64,000 nucleotides of DNA from Eledone cirrhosa (GCA_964016885.1 OZ024745.1:80662001-80726000), one strand, 5' to 3'. Shown: positions 36,028 to 49,959, numbered from the stretch's first letter. The notes: a model not told the origin generated them from the letters alone. Program-made: numbers and translations.

Positions 36028-38212
36028 CTGTCAGGAATAGAAAGATATTATGTAACACACAGAATTACAAATGTTACTTATAATTTGAGATAATATACAA
36101 TGCCTGCAATTTTTTATGAAATATAGTTTTTAAAAATATGAAATTTGAAATGTTGATATCAAAACACAGATTCACTACTTTTGGCACAAGGCCAGCAATT
36201 ACCCAGTGCATTACTGGTACTTTATTTTATCGACCCCGTAAAGATGAAAGGCAAAGTTAACCTCGGCGGGATTTGAACTCAGAATGACAAGGGCCATAAC
36301 TCTTTGCTGCAAAGCATGGCATCCGACCCTCTACTGATACTGCGAATCCACCCATGAAATATAGTTTTTAAAAATATGAAATTTGAAATGTTGATATCAA
36401 AACACAGATTCACTACAATAATAATGGTTTCTGATTTAGGCACAAGCCTAGCAATTTTGGGGGAAGGGAAAATCGATTAAATCGACCCCAGTGCATTACT
36501 GGTGCTTTATTTATCAACCCCATAAGGCAGTATTTGAACCTCGGCAGTATTTGAACTCAGAACATAAAGGATCGTAACTCTATGCTACAAAGCATGGTGT
36601 CTGACACTCTACCAATACTTAGGAAATCAAGTTAAATACCTTAAGGGACAGAAAATAAGTGGCCAGCAGTCACTACAGAGAATTATTGAACTCTGTATCT
36701 CTTGAATTCCAATCAAGTTGTGTTACTTTTACACCAAATGGCAGCTACTACTTATTTTCTGTCTGGAGTATAATTTTAGAGAGATTTGGTTGCTATTTCT
36801 AGCTCGTTGAGCAATCACATAGAGGCTCATAAATTTGCCTGTGTGGTGAACACCCAGTTCATTGATTATCAGTTGATATCTCATTGTTGGAAACCAACTA
36901 AGTAGCCAAAAGATCATCAGTTCATACAACCACAGTCATTGTATGGTTTCTATAGCCAAGATAATTCTTTCTAGCATTGGCGCAAGCTCAGCAATTTGAA
37001 AGAAAAGGAAAGTTGATTATATCGACCCCAGTATTTAACTTGTAATTTATTTAATCGATCCCAGAAGGATGAAAGGCAAAGCTGGCCTTGACAGGATTTG
37101 AACTCAGAACATAGAAAGTCGTTACTAAATACTGCAAAGCAATGTTCTACTGATTCTGTAAATCTATCACCCTTCTATAGTTAAGATAAGATCTCACTTG
37201 ATGAGTTCATCTAGTTTTAAGTACCAGAGGAAGGTTTTAATGTCCTATTGTAAGCAGCTGAAGCACTGTAACACACACATTGACTGATTAATTAATATTG
37301 CAGTGATGAGAACAAGCCCTGAGAAAATTAAAGGAAAATCATTCAAGTGTTTTCTACCTCGAATGGACACAGTTACGGTTGTGTGGTTAATAAGTTCACT
37401 TTGCAACTACATGATTCTATGTTTGATTTCACTGCATAGCACCTTGGCCTATTGTCTTGGACAGTGATGACCTGTCTAATCCGTGTCAGCATAAAAAATG
37501 GATGTAAAATAATGATAATGATGGTGACAATGATAACAACTAACAAGAGCAGATTTCAAATTTAGACAGTTGTGTCAAAGACATGATAACCTCTCTAGTG
37601 CTGGTGCCATAATATAATGCCCTTGGCAGAGCCTGGAACTGTATGTAAGCAAGATACGAACTCCTGACCTGTCTGGAAGGTCAGTAACCACTTGTAACTG
37701 ACCTTATTGATTATGTTAATGTGTTAAGGCTACAAGTGTTTGTGGAATACTCAGCCACTTACACTATATGATGAAACAACTGGAATATTTATGATTAAAA
37801 TTATCACAAGAAACACTCATTCAGCTTAAATTGCCAACCAGTGTGTGTTTATATATGTATGGGTGCCGTATTGATTACTCTAGATTTCTTTCAGAGAAAG
37901 ATAGAAAGTGAGAGAGAGAGGAAATGAGAAAGAGATATAGAGGAAGAATCGACTCCAGTACTAGACTGGTACTTTTTTTTTTGGTCATGAAAGGATGAAA
38001 GGCAAAGTTGACCTCGGTGGGATTTGAACTCAGAGAACAGAGAGCCAGAACAAATACCATAAAGCATTCTATCTGATGTTCCAACTACTCTGCCAATTCG
38101 GTGACTATGTGTGTTTATGTACAGAAAGATAAAGAAATATGATAAGGTGACAGTTGAGAACAGGGAGTTGTGTAAGATAGAGAGATTTACTAAAGGAAAT
38201 AGAAGTACTTAC

Positions 38213-38326
38213 AAAGTGATGTACTTTTTATTGGGGAAGTAAATTTGGTGGGAACAGTTACAATAAAGGTGTTTTTTCTTCATTAATGGTTCAAATATTT
38301 CTTGCTGTTCTGCAGGAATGAAAGGC
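38213..38326 (-). CDS. GRID2IP: Delphilin-like exon: end of HN domain 1
   Basis: tttcag|G CCT ... TT|gtaagt; PFIPAEQQEIFEPLM... resembles the HN motif xFIPxxHxxxF; phases 2/2. Confidence 0.75.
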
Positions 38327-38473
38327 CTGAAAGAGAATTGAAGAATAAATAAGTAAAGTAGTTATTAAAATAAAGTGATATTCAGATTTAAAAAAAATGT
38401 TTAAATAAGTGTAACAATAGTTTTCTTTGAAAGAAGAGGTGCATCTTATACAATGCTGTGATGATATTTTAAA

Positions 38474-38504
<31 letters not shown>

Positions 38505-38929
38505 TGCTCGCTACCTTTTTTTCCCCATCAATAAGGGTCTTTTACTTGATTTTCTAAGTTATCATTTGTAGCAGTCAACTATAATTACAGTTATTTTTTG
38601 TATTTCTAAGAATTTCAAATCTATCCACCCTCTGTTAGTTTCTTTTTGAAATATATACAGGAAAATTCCTATTTTCTGGCATGTTTACATGTCTACATAT
38701 TAAAAAATGTGTATATTTATTTATTCAATTTAAACATCTGTATAGAGCAAGTAAGCCATGACAGACTAGGGGAAGTATCAAGTACTCCTTACAGTTGGTA
38801 ACCAAAATGAGCTAGTGAGACAAGTAATAAAAAAGAAAAGAAAAAAACTAAAAGAAAAATAGGAAAAATAGAGAAAAGGGGAAAAATAAAATAACAAAAA
38901 TAACATTTCAAACATTGAAGGCCCATGGG

Positions 38930-39620
38930 AGGCAGATTATGCCTAAGAAAGCGAAAAGGAAAATAGGAAACAAGGGAAGCTGTAAAACAGCTAGAAGTTT
39001 CTCTTGTTGAATCTTTTCCTAACTTCCATATACTCAAAGATTTTGTTTATATTTGGTAGACATGTAATCATATATTGAACTTCTAATCCTGGTAGTTTTT
39101 TAAAGATTGGTTTCAACATGGCTTCTCTCTCAGACTGATAGTTTCTACATTGGAACAAATAGTGCCAAAGAGTTTTTGGAAAGTCACCACAAAAACAGAG
39201 AGGTGAATCTTTATGACCTGTTCTTAATAGAATATAGTTCAAAGGTATAAGTCCAGTTTGACACCAGCATAATCTTTTTTTATTTGCATTACTCAATGAT
39301 CGATAAGTTTTGAATGTTGTCAAATCTGGTTGAGAATGTGGGGGATTGAAATTTGTGAGCTTATCTCTGGATTCGTCCCAAAATGTTTCCCACCCTTGAC
39401 TAATTATTTGTTTGCTAAATGATTTTACCTGTGAAAAATTTGGGATGTAGTCTATATCTATTATTTTTATTTGTGCTCATTCTTTTGCTAATTCGCCTGC
39501 TTTCCTATTTCCTCTAATATCTGTATAGCCCAGTATCCAAATCACTGTTATTTCTTAATTATTTTTTGAGAGGTAGTTTTCTATTTTTAGCAGAGAGTTC
39601 TTAATATCTCTAACCTGACC
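38930..39620 (-). mobile_element. Degraded 3' fragment of an RNase H-containing LINE (I/Nimb-like)
   Basis: WILGYTDIRGNRKAGELAK (RNase H end), then QTG...SPLCFCGDFPKTLWHYLFQC finger. Confidence 0.7.
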
Positions 39621-39712
39621 CCTTTTATAAACACATTGTTGCAATCTTAGTTACACACTCTGTATTTATACAGATATAACTTTATCATACACTTTGTCTG
39701 CTAGCACACTTC

Positions 39713-39789
<77 letters not shown>

Positions 39790-40343
39790 AAAGGGCAAGT
39801 GAAGTGATAGCTGTGCTGAAGAGGACCCATCTAACCCATGCAAACATACAAAAACAGACATACATAAAAATGCTGGTGATGATATATATGTATATGTGAA
39901 TGTACCAATATTCATGTCTATGTTTATGTTTGCACTCATCTAAAAAAACAAAACAAAGCATGATGGAATCTTTATGATGTGTTTCTTAACCTAGAAATTG
40001 AAAAAATAATTGTTTCTACTTTTGGCACAAGGCCAGCAATTATCCCAGTGTATTACTGGTACTTTATTTTATCGACCCCTTAAGGATGAAAGGCAAAGTT
40101 AACCTCGGCGGGTTTTGAACTCAGTAAAAATAATGATTAAAAAAAATGAAATAGAATAGAAAAAAAAAAAAATAGGAAAATAGAAGAATAAGATAATAGG
40201 AGAATAGGAGAATTGAAGAATATGAGGATAGGACATAGGAGAATAGGAAAATAGGAGAATAAAAAAAAAGGAGAATAGGAAAATAGGAGAATAGTAAAAA
40301 AAGAAAATAGGAGAATAGGAGAATTGAAGAATAGGAGTATCAC

Positions 40344-40498
40344 CAGATGTATTTCAAGAACTTCCTTTCTTGTGGTTTCTTCAATATACTGTCCAATGCA
40401 ATACACATCTTAAATATATCTCCATCTTCAGAGTAATCCTTTAGAATATTAGCTAATGCCAACTCTTTCTTATAGTCATCATCAAAATATTTGCACAA
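40344..40498 (-). CDS. GRID2IP: Delphilin-like exon: harmonin-N-like (HN) domain 1
   Basis: ttcag|TTG ... TG|gtgata; LCKYFDDDYKKELALANILKDYSEDGDIFKMCIALDSILKKPQERKFLKYI(W); phases 0/2 match the neighbouring exons. Confidence 0.75.
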
Positions 40499-40599
40499 CT
40501 GAAATAATATTTGAAAGATAGACAAGAGTGAGAAGAGGAAGAAATGAAAATCATGTTTTTGGATAAAAAAACATGTTATATACACACACACACATATAC

Positions 40600-40633
<34 letters not shown>

Positions 40634-40724
40634 CTACGCTCTACTACCCCAAGTATTGAGTATGCTGGTTAGTAATGGTCTAACTAGTTTCAAACTAGTT
40701 AGAATCCATCCTGAATCCATCCTG

Positions 40725-40760
<36 letters not shown>

Positions 40761-40774
40761 CTATTACACATCTG

Positions 40775-41449
40775 ATGGATGTGTAATAGTAATATACACG
40801 AATGGCAAAGCATAAATGAACTGAGAGAAAAACTGGGTATAAGAGGGATAAGAGGGATAAGAGGGATAAGAGGCAGTATGCTAGAGCGGAGATTGCATTG
40901 GTACGGTCATGTGATGCATATGAAGGATGACAGCTGTATATAAAGGTGCAGGTCGATCAAAATTGATGGAAGCTATGGAGTAGGAAGACCCAGGAAGGCC
41001 CAGGAAGGCCCAGGAAAATCCAGGAAGACCTAGGACGATGTGATAAAAGCTGACTTTGCGCAACTGAACCTCTTAAAGACAATGACACGGGATCGAGATC
41101 TTTGGTGTTACACAGTAATACAGAAGACACACTGTCCCATGCGCACAGGCTCAAACATACATTTAATAGGCACCTCTTAACCACTATACCCAACACCCCC
41201 CTGCCCACACCACCCTAACACTATGAACAAAATATATCCAGCTCACACTGTAAAGTGATTTTGTAGGTGTCATGACAAAAAGCACCCAGCATACACTGTA
41301 AATGTGGTTGGCATTAGGAAGGGCATCCAGCCATAGAAACCTAACAAGAAATAGTTCTATATGAGTAAGACATGGTCACCCAACTTGCCTCTAATGGGAC
41401 AACCCGTCATGGAAAATGGATGTTAAATGATGATGATGATGATGATGAT
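40775..41449 (+). mobile_element. RTE LINE 3' fragment
   Basis: Homologous to 19830-20529; (GAT)n tail. Confidence 0.8.
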
Positions 41450-41466
41450 ATATATATATATACATA

Positions 41467-41527
<61 letters not shown>

Positions 41528-41714
41528 ATATAAATATGTTCCAAAGAGATTGTTTGGTAAAAAACAGGAGTAAGCGGGAGAAAGCACTCAACATTCGTAG
41601 TTTGTAGTTATGATGGAGATTCAGTATAATAATATTAAGAAAGCTGCTGATGTCACATAAATCATTTATCCATGTAACATCAGCATCTTTCTTAATGTTA
41701 TATATATATATAAT

Positions 41715-41850
41715 TATGGCAGGTCTTCCAGATAGCTTGACATCTTCCAGGGATGTTCTTCTGCTTTTGAAGTGTCCATGCCACTCAAAATATTGTGCAT
41801 TGCTTCGTTGCCGTAAGCTTGATGAAGCATGCTCAATATCTCTGTGTGTG
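41715..41850 (-). mobile_element. mariner transposase N-terminal (HTH) fragment
   Basis: EILSMLHQAYGNEAM / FEWHGHFKSRRTSLEDVKLSGRP. Confidence 0.7.
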
Positions 41851-41986
41851 AGATGATAACAAAACAAAGAATAGGCAGGAAAATATATGGGTGTCTTTCA
41901 ACCAATGGAGATAAATACATGAAAAAATTACAACTAGAATCAAATGGCCAACAGACTATTCATGTAAATGTGCAATATATATATAT

Positions 41987-44900
41987 ATCATCATCATCAT
42001 CACCGTTTTACGTCCGTTCTTCCATGCTAGCATGGGTTAGACAGGTTGTCCTGTTGTGGGCAGTGTCTGGTCGGCTGACCGTGCCTTGCTTATACAGGAA
42101 CTGATTTGGCTTGATTTCTACAGTTGGATGCCCTTCCTAACACCAACCTCATTTACAGTGAGTGCTGGATGCTTTTTTGTGGCGCCTACACGTCCACTTT
42201 ACAGTGTGGGCTGGGTGCTTTTTTGCCGTGGCACCTCCACGACCACCTTGCAGTGGGTGGGTGTGGGGGCATATTGTCTATATGCTTCAGCTTGTACCCA
42301 TGGGAGGTCGGGTACTCTGTATTACTGCGTGACGCCAGAGGTCACGGTCATGTGTCATCACCTTTGAGAGGTGTAATTGGGTAAGGTCGGCTTTTATCAC
42401 CTCATCCCAGGTCATCTTGGGTCTCCCCACTCCGCGGTTTCCATCGACTTCTAGTGCTCTGCACCTTTTTATGCAGCTGTCATCCTTCATACGCATCACA
42501 TGTCCATACCAACGCAACTGCCTCTCCTGCACACAGCATTTGATTCCTCTTATGCTCAGTCTCTCTCTCAATTCATTTATGCTTTGTCGTTCGCGTATAT
42601 TACTATTACACATCCATCGGAGCATGCAGGCTTCATTTCTCTCTAATCTACGTAAGTCTTCCACCTTCAGCACCCATGTAACATTGCTGTTCGGATACAC
42701 GCATCATACAGTCTGCCTTTCATTTTGAGGGAGAAGCCTTTTGCAGCTAGCAGTTCCCTAAACTTCTTCCATCCCGTTCTTACCCTAGTTATTGTACTTT
42801 CTGAACACCCACCTCCGCTGCTAATTCGGTCACCTAGGTAGCAGAAGCTGTCTACTGTCTCTACAGAGCCCTCCCAGAGATTGGTGGTACTTGTTTCTTG
42901 TGGCTGCTTGCTGTCCCAGCACAGCTGCTGCATGTGAAGCCTACATTCTTAATTAAGCTTCCTGAAATCCTGCTACATTTCTTGTGTACCCATTGTTTGC
43001 ATTTGGGGCAGAGAATGGAGTTCCTACCTACACCTTTCCTACATACTGAGCAAGGCCATTTCCCTGAGGGGATCTGGGTTCTGTCTTCTCATCTACTTAC
43101 AAGGACCTTAGTCTTTGTCATGTTGACTTTGCGACCCTTTCTTTCTAGTCCCTGCTTCCAAGTTTGGAATTTCTTCTCTAGTTCTACCATAGATTCAGCT
43201 ATAAGTGCGAGGTCATCAGCATACAGGAGTTTCCATGGGCATCCGGTCTTAAACTCCTCCGTTATTGCCTGCAGGACTATGATGAACAGGAGGGGGCTAA
43301 GAACAGAGCTCTGGTGGACCCCAACCTGTACGCTAAATTCCTCGCTATACTCATTGCTAATCCTAACTTTGCTGACTGCTCCCCTATACATGGCTTGTAC
43401 CGCTTTCACAAGCCATTCAACTACTCCTAGTTTTCTAAGAGCCCACCAGATTACAGCACGTGGAACTCTGTCAAAGGCTTTCTCAAGATCGACGAATGCC
43501 AGTAGTAGAGTGGCTTAAGTTTTAGCTAGGTACTTTTCCTGTAACTGCCTCACAAGGAAGAGGGCATCAGTGGTGCCTCTTCCTGGTACAAACCCAAATT
43601 GCATCTCATCTAGTTTCACCCGGTCCCTAATCAACTGTGCTATAACTCTTTCTGTTACTTTCATGACCTGGTCCATCAGCTTTATACCTCTATAGTTTCC
43701 TCTATCGAATGCATCACCTTTACCTTTGTAGCAGTTGACAATGATGCTACTGCACCAATCTTTTGGTATGACACCTTCTAGTATTACCTGGTTAACAATA
43801 CGTGTGGTTATAGTGTGACCTACAGACCAAAGATGCCTTCAGCATCTCGGCAGCTATACCCGATGGACCGGTTGCCTTCCCCATCTTCATATCTTTGATT
43901 GCCTTACTTATTACGCTGCTGCTGACTTGTACTGCTGGCCCCTCTATAGGGTCTACTTGGAGTAGGGTCTCTTCTTCCCATGCATTCTCCTCATTTAGTA
44001 ATCTATCATAATGACTCTTCCATGCATCTTTCTTCTCAGCACTTGTGAGGGCAAGCTCACCTTTATCATTCCGGATACACTTCTCTCCAATGACATCACA
44101 ATTCTCTCTGACACACTGCCTCGCAATCTTGAACACCTCCTGTTTCTGGTCCTCACGTTGCAAAACATACTTGAATTTTCTATCCTCTGCTTCCCTCCTA
44201 GCTAAGTATACTTGTCGCCTAGCTTCCCTCTTGGTCTCTATGTAATGTACCCTGCTCCCCCCGTTCTTCCATTCTTTCTATGCCTGTCTCTTGGCCTTAA
44301 CTGCCTCATCTACCTTATTGTTCCACCACCAAATCACTCTCCTCCTGCTTGTGGTCTTACTCCAGCCACAGACCTCATCTGTCGCCTCTAGTAAGTTATT
44401 TTTTAGGAACTCCCAGTGCTCTTCTACATTGAATGTCTCTATCTGTTCTTCTTTACTGTCGTAGGCGTTGAGTAAAATATCTTTAAATCTGTTACTGGCT
44501 GAGGGGTCTTTCAGCTTCCAGATCTTTCTTCTCCAGGTTGGCCTCTGTTTCCAGGTTCGTCTAGTTCTGACTGTGAGGTCGCTGACAACTAAGCTATGTT
44601 GGGAGGTACATTCCTCACTAGGGAAGGCTTTTGTGTTTATGACCGTCCATCTGTCACGTCTTCTGATGAGGATAAAATCTATCTGACTAGAATGCTCCCC
44701 TGATCTATAGGTGATCAGGTGGTTGTCGGGTTTTTTGAAGTTTGTGTTACACATCGACATGTCATTGGCGTCGCAGAATTCTAGAAGTCTGAATCCTTCT
44801 TCATTTCTTGTGCCAACCCCATGGCCTCCATGGACTCTATTGAAGCCGTCACAGTGTTTACCTACGTGTCCGTTAACATCTCCTGCGATGATTAGGAAGT

Positions 44901-45395
44901 CATTGTCGTTTGTTAGAGCAGTAGTGTGCATTAGGGACTCGTAAAATCTATCCTTAAGTTCGTCTGGCAACCCCGATTGGGGTGCGTAAGCTGATATTAT
45001 TGTGGTAATTGTTTTATTCAGGACTAGTCTGAGTTTATTGATTCTTGCATTTACCCTGTACACTGAGATTACTTTATCTACCCACTTGTCAGCTAGTAGT
45101 ATACCTACACCACCCATCCCATCGTCATTTCCCACCCAGAAAAATTTGTAGCACCGACTTTTTCCTACAAGGACTCTAGCAGACTCTCCTCTCCATCTAG
45201 TCTCTTGCACACAGCATACATCAATTTCCTTTCGCTCTAGCATTTCTACGATTTCTCCTGCTCTTCCTTTCATTGTGCTTACATTGATGGTACCAACTCG
45301 GAGTTTTGGGCATTTGTCAACACTCGTAGAGAAGGGTCGATTTTTGCAGGGGTGTGTGTGTGCTTCCTCTCTCTGGATTGGCGCTTCACATGGGT
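41987..45395 (-). mobile_element. Near full-length, disrupted RTE LINE
   Basis: APE (VGTINV, QETRW, SAYAPQ, GDVNGHVG, SQIDFIL, SQHSLV), RT (YADD), PHD-like finger, RTE C-terminus, (GAT)n tail; several frameshifts. Confidence 0.92.
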
Positions 45396-45413
45396 GCTTA
45401 TATATATATATAT

Positions 45414-45847
<434 letters not shown>

Positions 45848-46030
45848 ATACATATGTTCCAAAGAGATTGTTTGGTAAAAACAGGAGTAAGCGGGAGAAA
45901 GCACTCAACACTCATAGTTTGTAGTTACGATGGAGATTCAGTATAATAATAATGTCCCAATAAATATGTCCCAAGGTTCTGATACCATCAACACTATAAA
46001 CACAGAGCTGGCATATCTAAGAACTGACTA

Positions 46031-46086
46031 ACTGCCTGATGAGGTCATAGCCATTCAATGGCTATCATAGAAATATATATAGCAGT
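46031..46086 (+). ncRNA. Type I hammerhead motif
   Basis: actgc-CTGATGA-(atagccatt/aatggctat)-GAAA-tatata-TA-gcagt. Confidence 0.72.
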
Positions 46087-46185
46087 AAATAAAGGATTAT
46101 GAGTTCATGTAAAATAAATGTGAGTTAATTTGGCCAATAAATATAGAAATATGAATATGAATGATTTTAGATGTAAGAATTTTAC

Positions 46186-46364
46186 CTTAGAAAATAGTTT
46201 TACTGAAGTTTTGATTTCTGGGCTTTGCAATAAATGCTGATCCTCACCTCGTTCACCAGTTGGAATCACTGATAAAGTCACATGATCATTCTCTGTAATC
46301 AACTCCCAATTGTTACCCTTAATTTTTGTCAAAGGTTTATTGTTCACAGCCACAATGATGTCAC
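46186..46364 (-). CDS. GRID2IP: Delphilin-like exon: C-terminal half of PDZ domain plus linker
   Basis: ttctag|GT GAC ... AAG|gtaaaa; (G)DIIVAVNNKPL...VTLSVIP...KLFSK. The GDxIxxVN motif is PDZ-type; phase 1 in, phase 0 out. Confidence 0.75.
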
Positions 46365-46745
46365 CTAGAAATTGAGAAAATATTAGCAATGATTTCCATT
46401 ATATTTCATAAAATCTCAATTAATATTAATTATATATCAATCATTTTATCGGCAACAAACAAAACCAAAAAAAAAGGGCAACTTTATGGCCATCTACCTG
46501 CAATCTCTCATACCATCTGAGAGAGATGGACTAGATTTACAGGACGCTACTGGAGAATAAAGAAAGAAATTGTCAGTAATGTGTTATTATGGACATTCCA
46601 ATGTGGATAAAATGGCTGCCTATATCTGTCATCTAGCTTCTCTCTTAGCTAAAGGGTTTGGTCTCTGCTTCCCCAATTTTCCAGTCTTTCCATACCCAAC
46701 GTGTATATATATATATATATATATATATTTTATATATATCTATAG

Positions 46746-46934
46746 GGCGGTGGATTGGCAGTATCGGTAGAGGGTCAGACACCATGCTTTCCAGCATAGT
46801 TACGTCCCTTTACGATCTGAGTTCAAATCCCGCCGAGGTTGACTTTGCCTTTCATCCTTACGAGGTCGATAAAATAAAGTACCAGTAATGCACTGGAATA
46901 ATTGATGGCCTTGTGCCAAAAGTAGAAACAATTA
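46746..46934 (+). mobile_element. SINE family B, about 190 bp, representative copy
   Basis: GGCGGTGGATTGGCAGTATCGGTAGAG...GAGTTCAAATCCC...GGCCTTGTGCCAAAAGTAGAAACAATT. Other copies near 13735, 14095, 16490, 16733, 21450, 22808, 36172, 36425, 36965, 37945, 40010, 52555 and 59220. Confidence 0.85.
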
Positions 46935-46952
46935 TATATATATATATATATA

Positions 46953-48089
46953 TAATATAGATTTTATATGTGGCCGGTGCTCTGGTGCAATAAGTAGCAG
47001 CAAGTGCCCACAAAATACTAGCTCATTCCATTGCACAGATGGTTCTACAGAAATAGTGGACAGCTTCCGTTACCTGGGTGACAAAATCAGCAGTGGTGGA
47101 GGGTGCTCTGAAAGTACAGTAGCTAGAGTCAGAACGGGATGGAAAAAGTTGGCCGCTAAAGGGTTCTCTCTAAAAATGAAAGGCAGGCTGTATGATGCCT
47201 GCATTCGATCAGCAATGTTACATGGCAGTGAGACCTGGGCATTGTGTGCAGAGGATATACACAGACTGGAGAGGAACGAAGCTTGCATGCTCCACTGGAT
47301 GTGTAATAGTAATATACGTGAACGGCAAAGCATAAACAAACTAAGGGAGAAATTAGGAATAAGAGGGATCAGATGTTGTTTACTCGAGAGAAGACTATGT
47401 TGGTACGGTCACGTGATGCGCATGAAAGACGACAGCTGTATAAAAAAGTGCAGGGCGATAAAAATAGATGGTAGCCACGGAGTAGGCAGACCCAGAAAAA
47501 CCTGGGACGAATTGATAAATTCCGACCTCACACACTTACACCTCTCCAAGACAATGTCATTGGACCGAGATCTTTGGCGCTACACAGTTATACAAAAGAC
47601 CCGCCTTGCCTAAGTACAAAGCGAAACCTACAGTCTGTAGGCACCTCTTAAATGTGAAGTTATGTTGGTACCACAACATCCAGTCTGAAACAAATGAGGT
47701 CGTGTAGGTGTCACGACAAAAAACACAGTGCACGCTGTAATGTGGCCGTGTAGGTAACACGGTAAAAACCTCCCAGTACACACTGTAAACGTGGTTGGTG
47801 TTGGGAAGGGCACCCAGCCATAGAAAACCCGCCAGACGTGTAGGTGTCACGACAAAATCAACACACAGTCCACGTTGTAATGTGGCCGTGTAGGTAACGG
47901 TAGAAACCTCCCAGTACACACTGTAAACGTGGTTGGTGTTAGGAAGGGCATCCAGCCATAGAAAACCCGCCAGACAGTCCTATACGAGCAGGACAACCAC
48001 TCTTGCCTCAAGTGGGAAAACTCCCGTCCAAACCCATGCAAGCGTGGAAGATGGACGTTAAACGATGATGATGATGATGATGATGATGA
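46953..48089 (+). mobile_element. RTE LINE 3' fragment with a roughly 138-bp tandem duplication in the 3' UTR
   Basis: Close match to 19467-20529; the gtgtaggtgtcacgacaaaa block occurs twice. Confidence 0.9.
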
Positions 48090-48171
48090 TATATACACAC
48101 ATACATATATATAAATGTATGTATTTATCCACCAAATTTGGTCCCCATGTGGTGTTATTTGGTCCCCATGC

Positions 48172-48503
48172 TATCCGCCCAAAACAAAAATCAAACTCAT
48201 AGCAATGATACAACACAAGTTCTTCACCTCAAACTGGCCCCTCTTTTTAATATAATACATCAAAACAGAAACTGATCCCACAATAATCAAAAGTCCCCTG
48301 GACAAATTCCTCCAAGAAATCCCAGATAAACTCCCTACACCCGGATATGTCTCTGAAAACAACAACTCTTTACTAGAGTGGGCCACAGTGTCCAAAGCAT
48401 GTCTAGATTGTGAACTTATAACCTGAAAGACTTCGCCAGGTGGTGCTATTAATTAGACATGACCTGGGTCAACATTGGCTGAAACCTATCAAAGTTATTG
48501 AAG
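48172..48503 (+). mobile_element. CR1-like LINE 3' fragment
   Basis: LDKFLQEIPDKLPTPGYVSENNNSLLEW-type C-terminus (recognised from memory) and a short UTR. Confidence 0.6.
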
Positions 48504-48580
<77 letters not shown>

Positions 48581-48583
<3 letters not shown>

Positions 48584-48905
48584 CTTCAAAATATTAATAA
48601 ATATAGACATTCATGTGATCAAATATATTTTATTATACATATTTCAGAGGTACTGAGCTATTTCATCAGTACATCCTCATCAGATAAAATAAATTGATGT
48701 CTGACATACCTCAACTGTGCTGATGGTTCAATTCCAGTCCTGCCACGACTGGAATTGAACCATCAGCACAGTTGAGGTATGTCAGTAATCAATTTATTTT
48801 ATCTGATGAGGACCTACTGAGGGAATAGCACAGTACCTCTGAAATATGTATAATAAAATATATTTGATCACATGAATGTCTATATTTATTAATATTTTTA
48901 AGTAA
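48581..48905. mobile_element. Palindromic element with a hammerhead in each arm (48627-48690 minus; 48796-48859 plus)
   Basis: About 159-bp arms, 7-nt loop; attttat-CTGATGA-...-GAAA-tatgta-TA-ataaaat; starts at (TA)n. Confidence 0.85.
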
Positions 48906-49295
48906 TATTAATAACTCCAGAAAACCTCTTTGTTGAGTGCTTCTAATCTATTGTAAAACTTTATTCATTGATTAATCAATGAACCTTGTTAAACTTTTGG
49001 TTATATATATCTATATATTCTATTTTAAAGTGCCCAGGAAAACTCTTTCCTTTGAGCTCATTTAATTACACGATTATACGCGAGTCCTTTGCTCCGTTAT
49101 TTTACTTGATATTTGTTCCTTGCGCTCTCTCTGCTGTTGAGCACCATAAATTGAATAGTATAGGCTGCCATTTCTAGCAGCTTGTTCTGTTCATGCCACC
49201 GGTTACTGCCTCGCGCACGCATTTCCCTTATATCTACACGTGCGACAGGTAGTTTACTTTAGTTCTCTCTAGTAGTGCGGTCAATATCGGCCTTC

Positions 49296-49378
49296 CACAT
49301 GCTGATGACCCACAGGGCCGAATTAGAACCCACTTAAATGGCGAAACATTCTCTTCTCCTGGTGAGTTTGTACATGTG
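49296..49378 (+). ncRNA. Type I hammerhead motif with extended stem III
   Basis: cacatg-CTGATGA-ccca...tggc-GAAA-cattctc...gagtttg-TA-catgtg. Confidence 0.6.
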
Positions 49379-49534
49379 TGATCTAGGTATGAGGTTGGTT
49401 TCTCATTTTAATTTATACTTTTAATTTTAATGTTTTTCCTATGCCTCTAGTAGCTTATATTCTCTTCACACTGGTGGTTTGAAATTCCTGTAAAGAAAAA
49501 CACACTCTTCTGTGTCTTTCCCCTCTATATATTG

Positions 49535-49599
<65 letters not shown>

Positions 49600-49606
<7 letters not shown>

Positions 49607-49897
49607 AAAAAGAGATGAAATCGAAAATGCAACTGGAGTCTTATTTTTAAAAAAAATATATATATTTATTTGGTTCCTTTACCGGTTTCGCAGTTCTTCT
49701 GCTTTTCAAAAGGTGAGTTGAGATGGAGGGTCTGTGGTTTTTCTCAGATGTGAGAAAAACCACAGACCCTCCATCTCAACTCACCTTTTGAAAAGCAGAA
49801 GAACTGCGAAACCGGTAAAGGAACCAAATAAATATATATATTTTAAAAAAAAATAAGACTCCAGTTGCATTTTCGATTTCATCTCTTTTTCTTTATA
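49600..49897. mobile_element. Palindromic element with variant hammerhead-like cores
   Basis: About 147-bp arms, loop gatg; cctt-TTGAAAA-gcag/ctgc-GAAA-ccgg-TA-aagg at 49784-49821 and its mirror; (TA)n on both sides. Confidence 0.75.
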
Positions 49898-49959
49898 CTT
49901 TCACTCGTGTAGGACACCTCGGTTATTTTTCATTTTGTAAAAAAAAAAAAAAACCTCAC

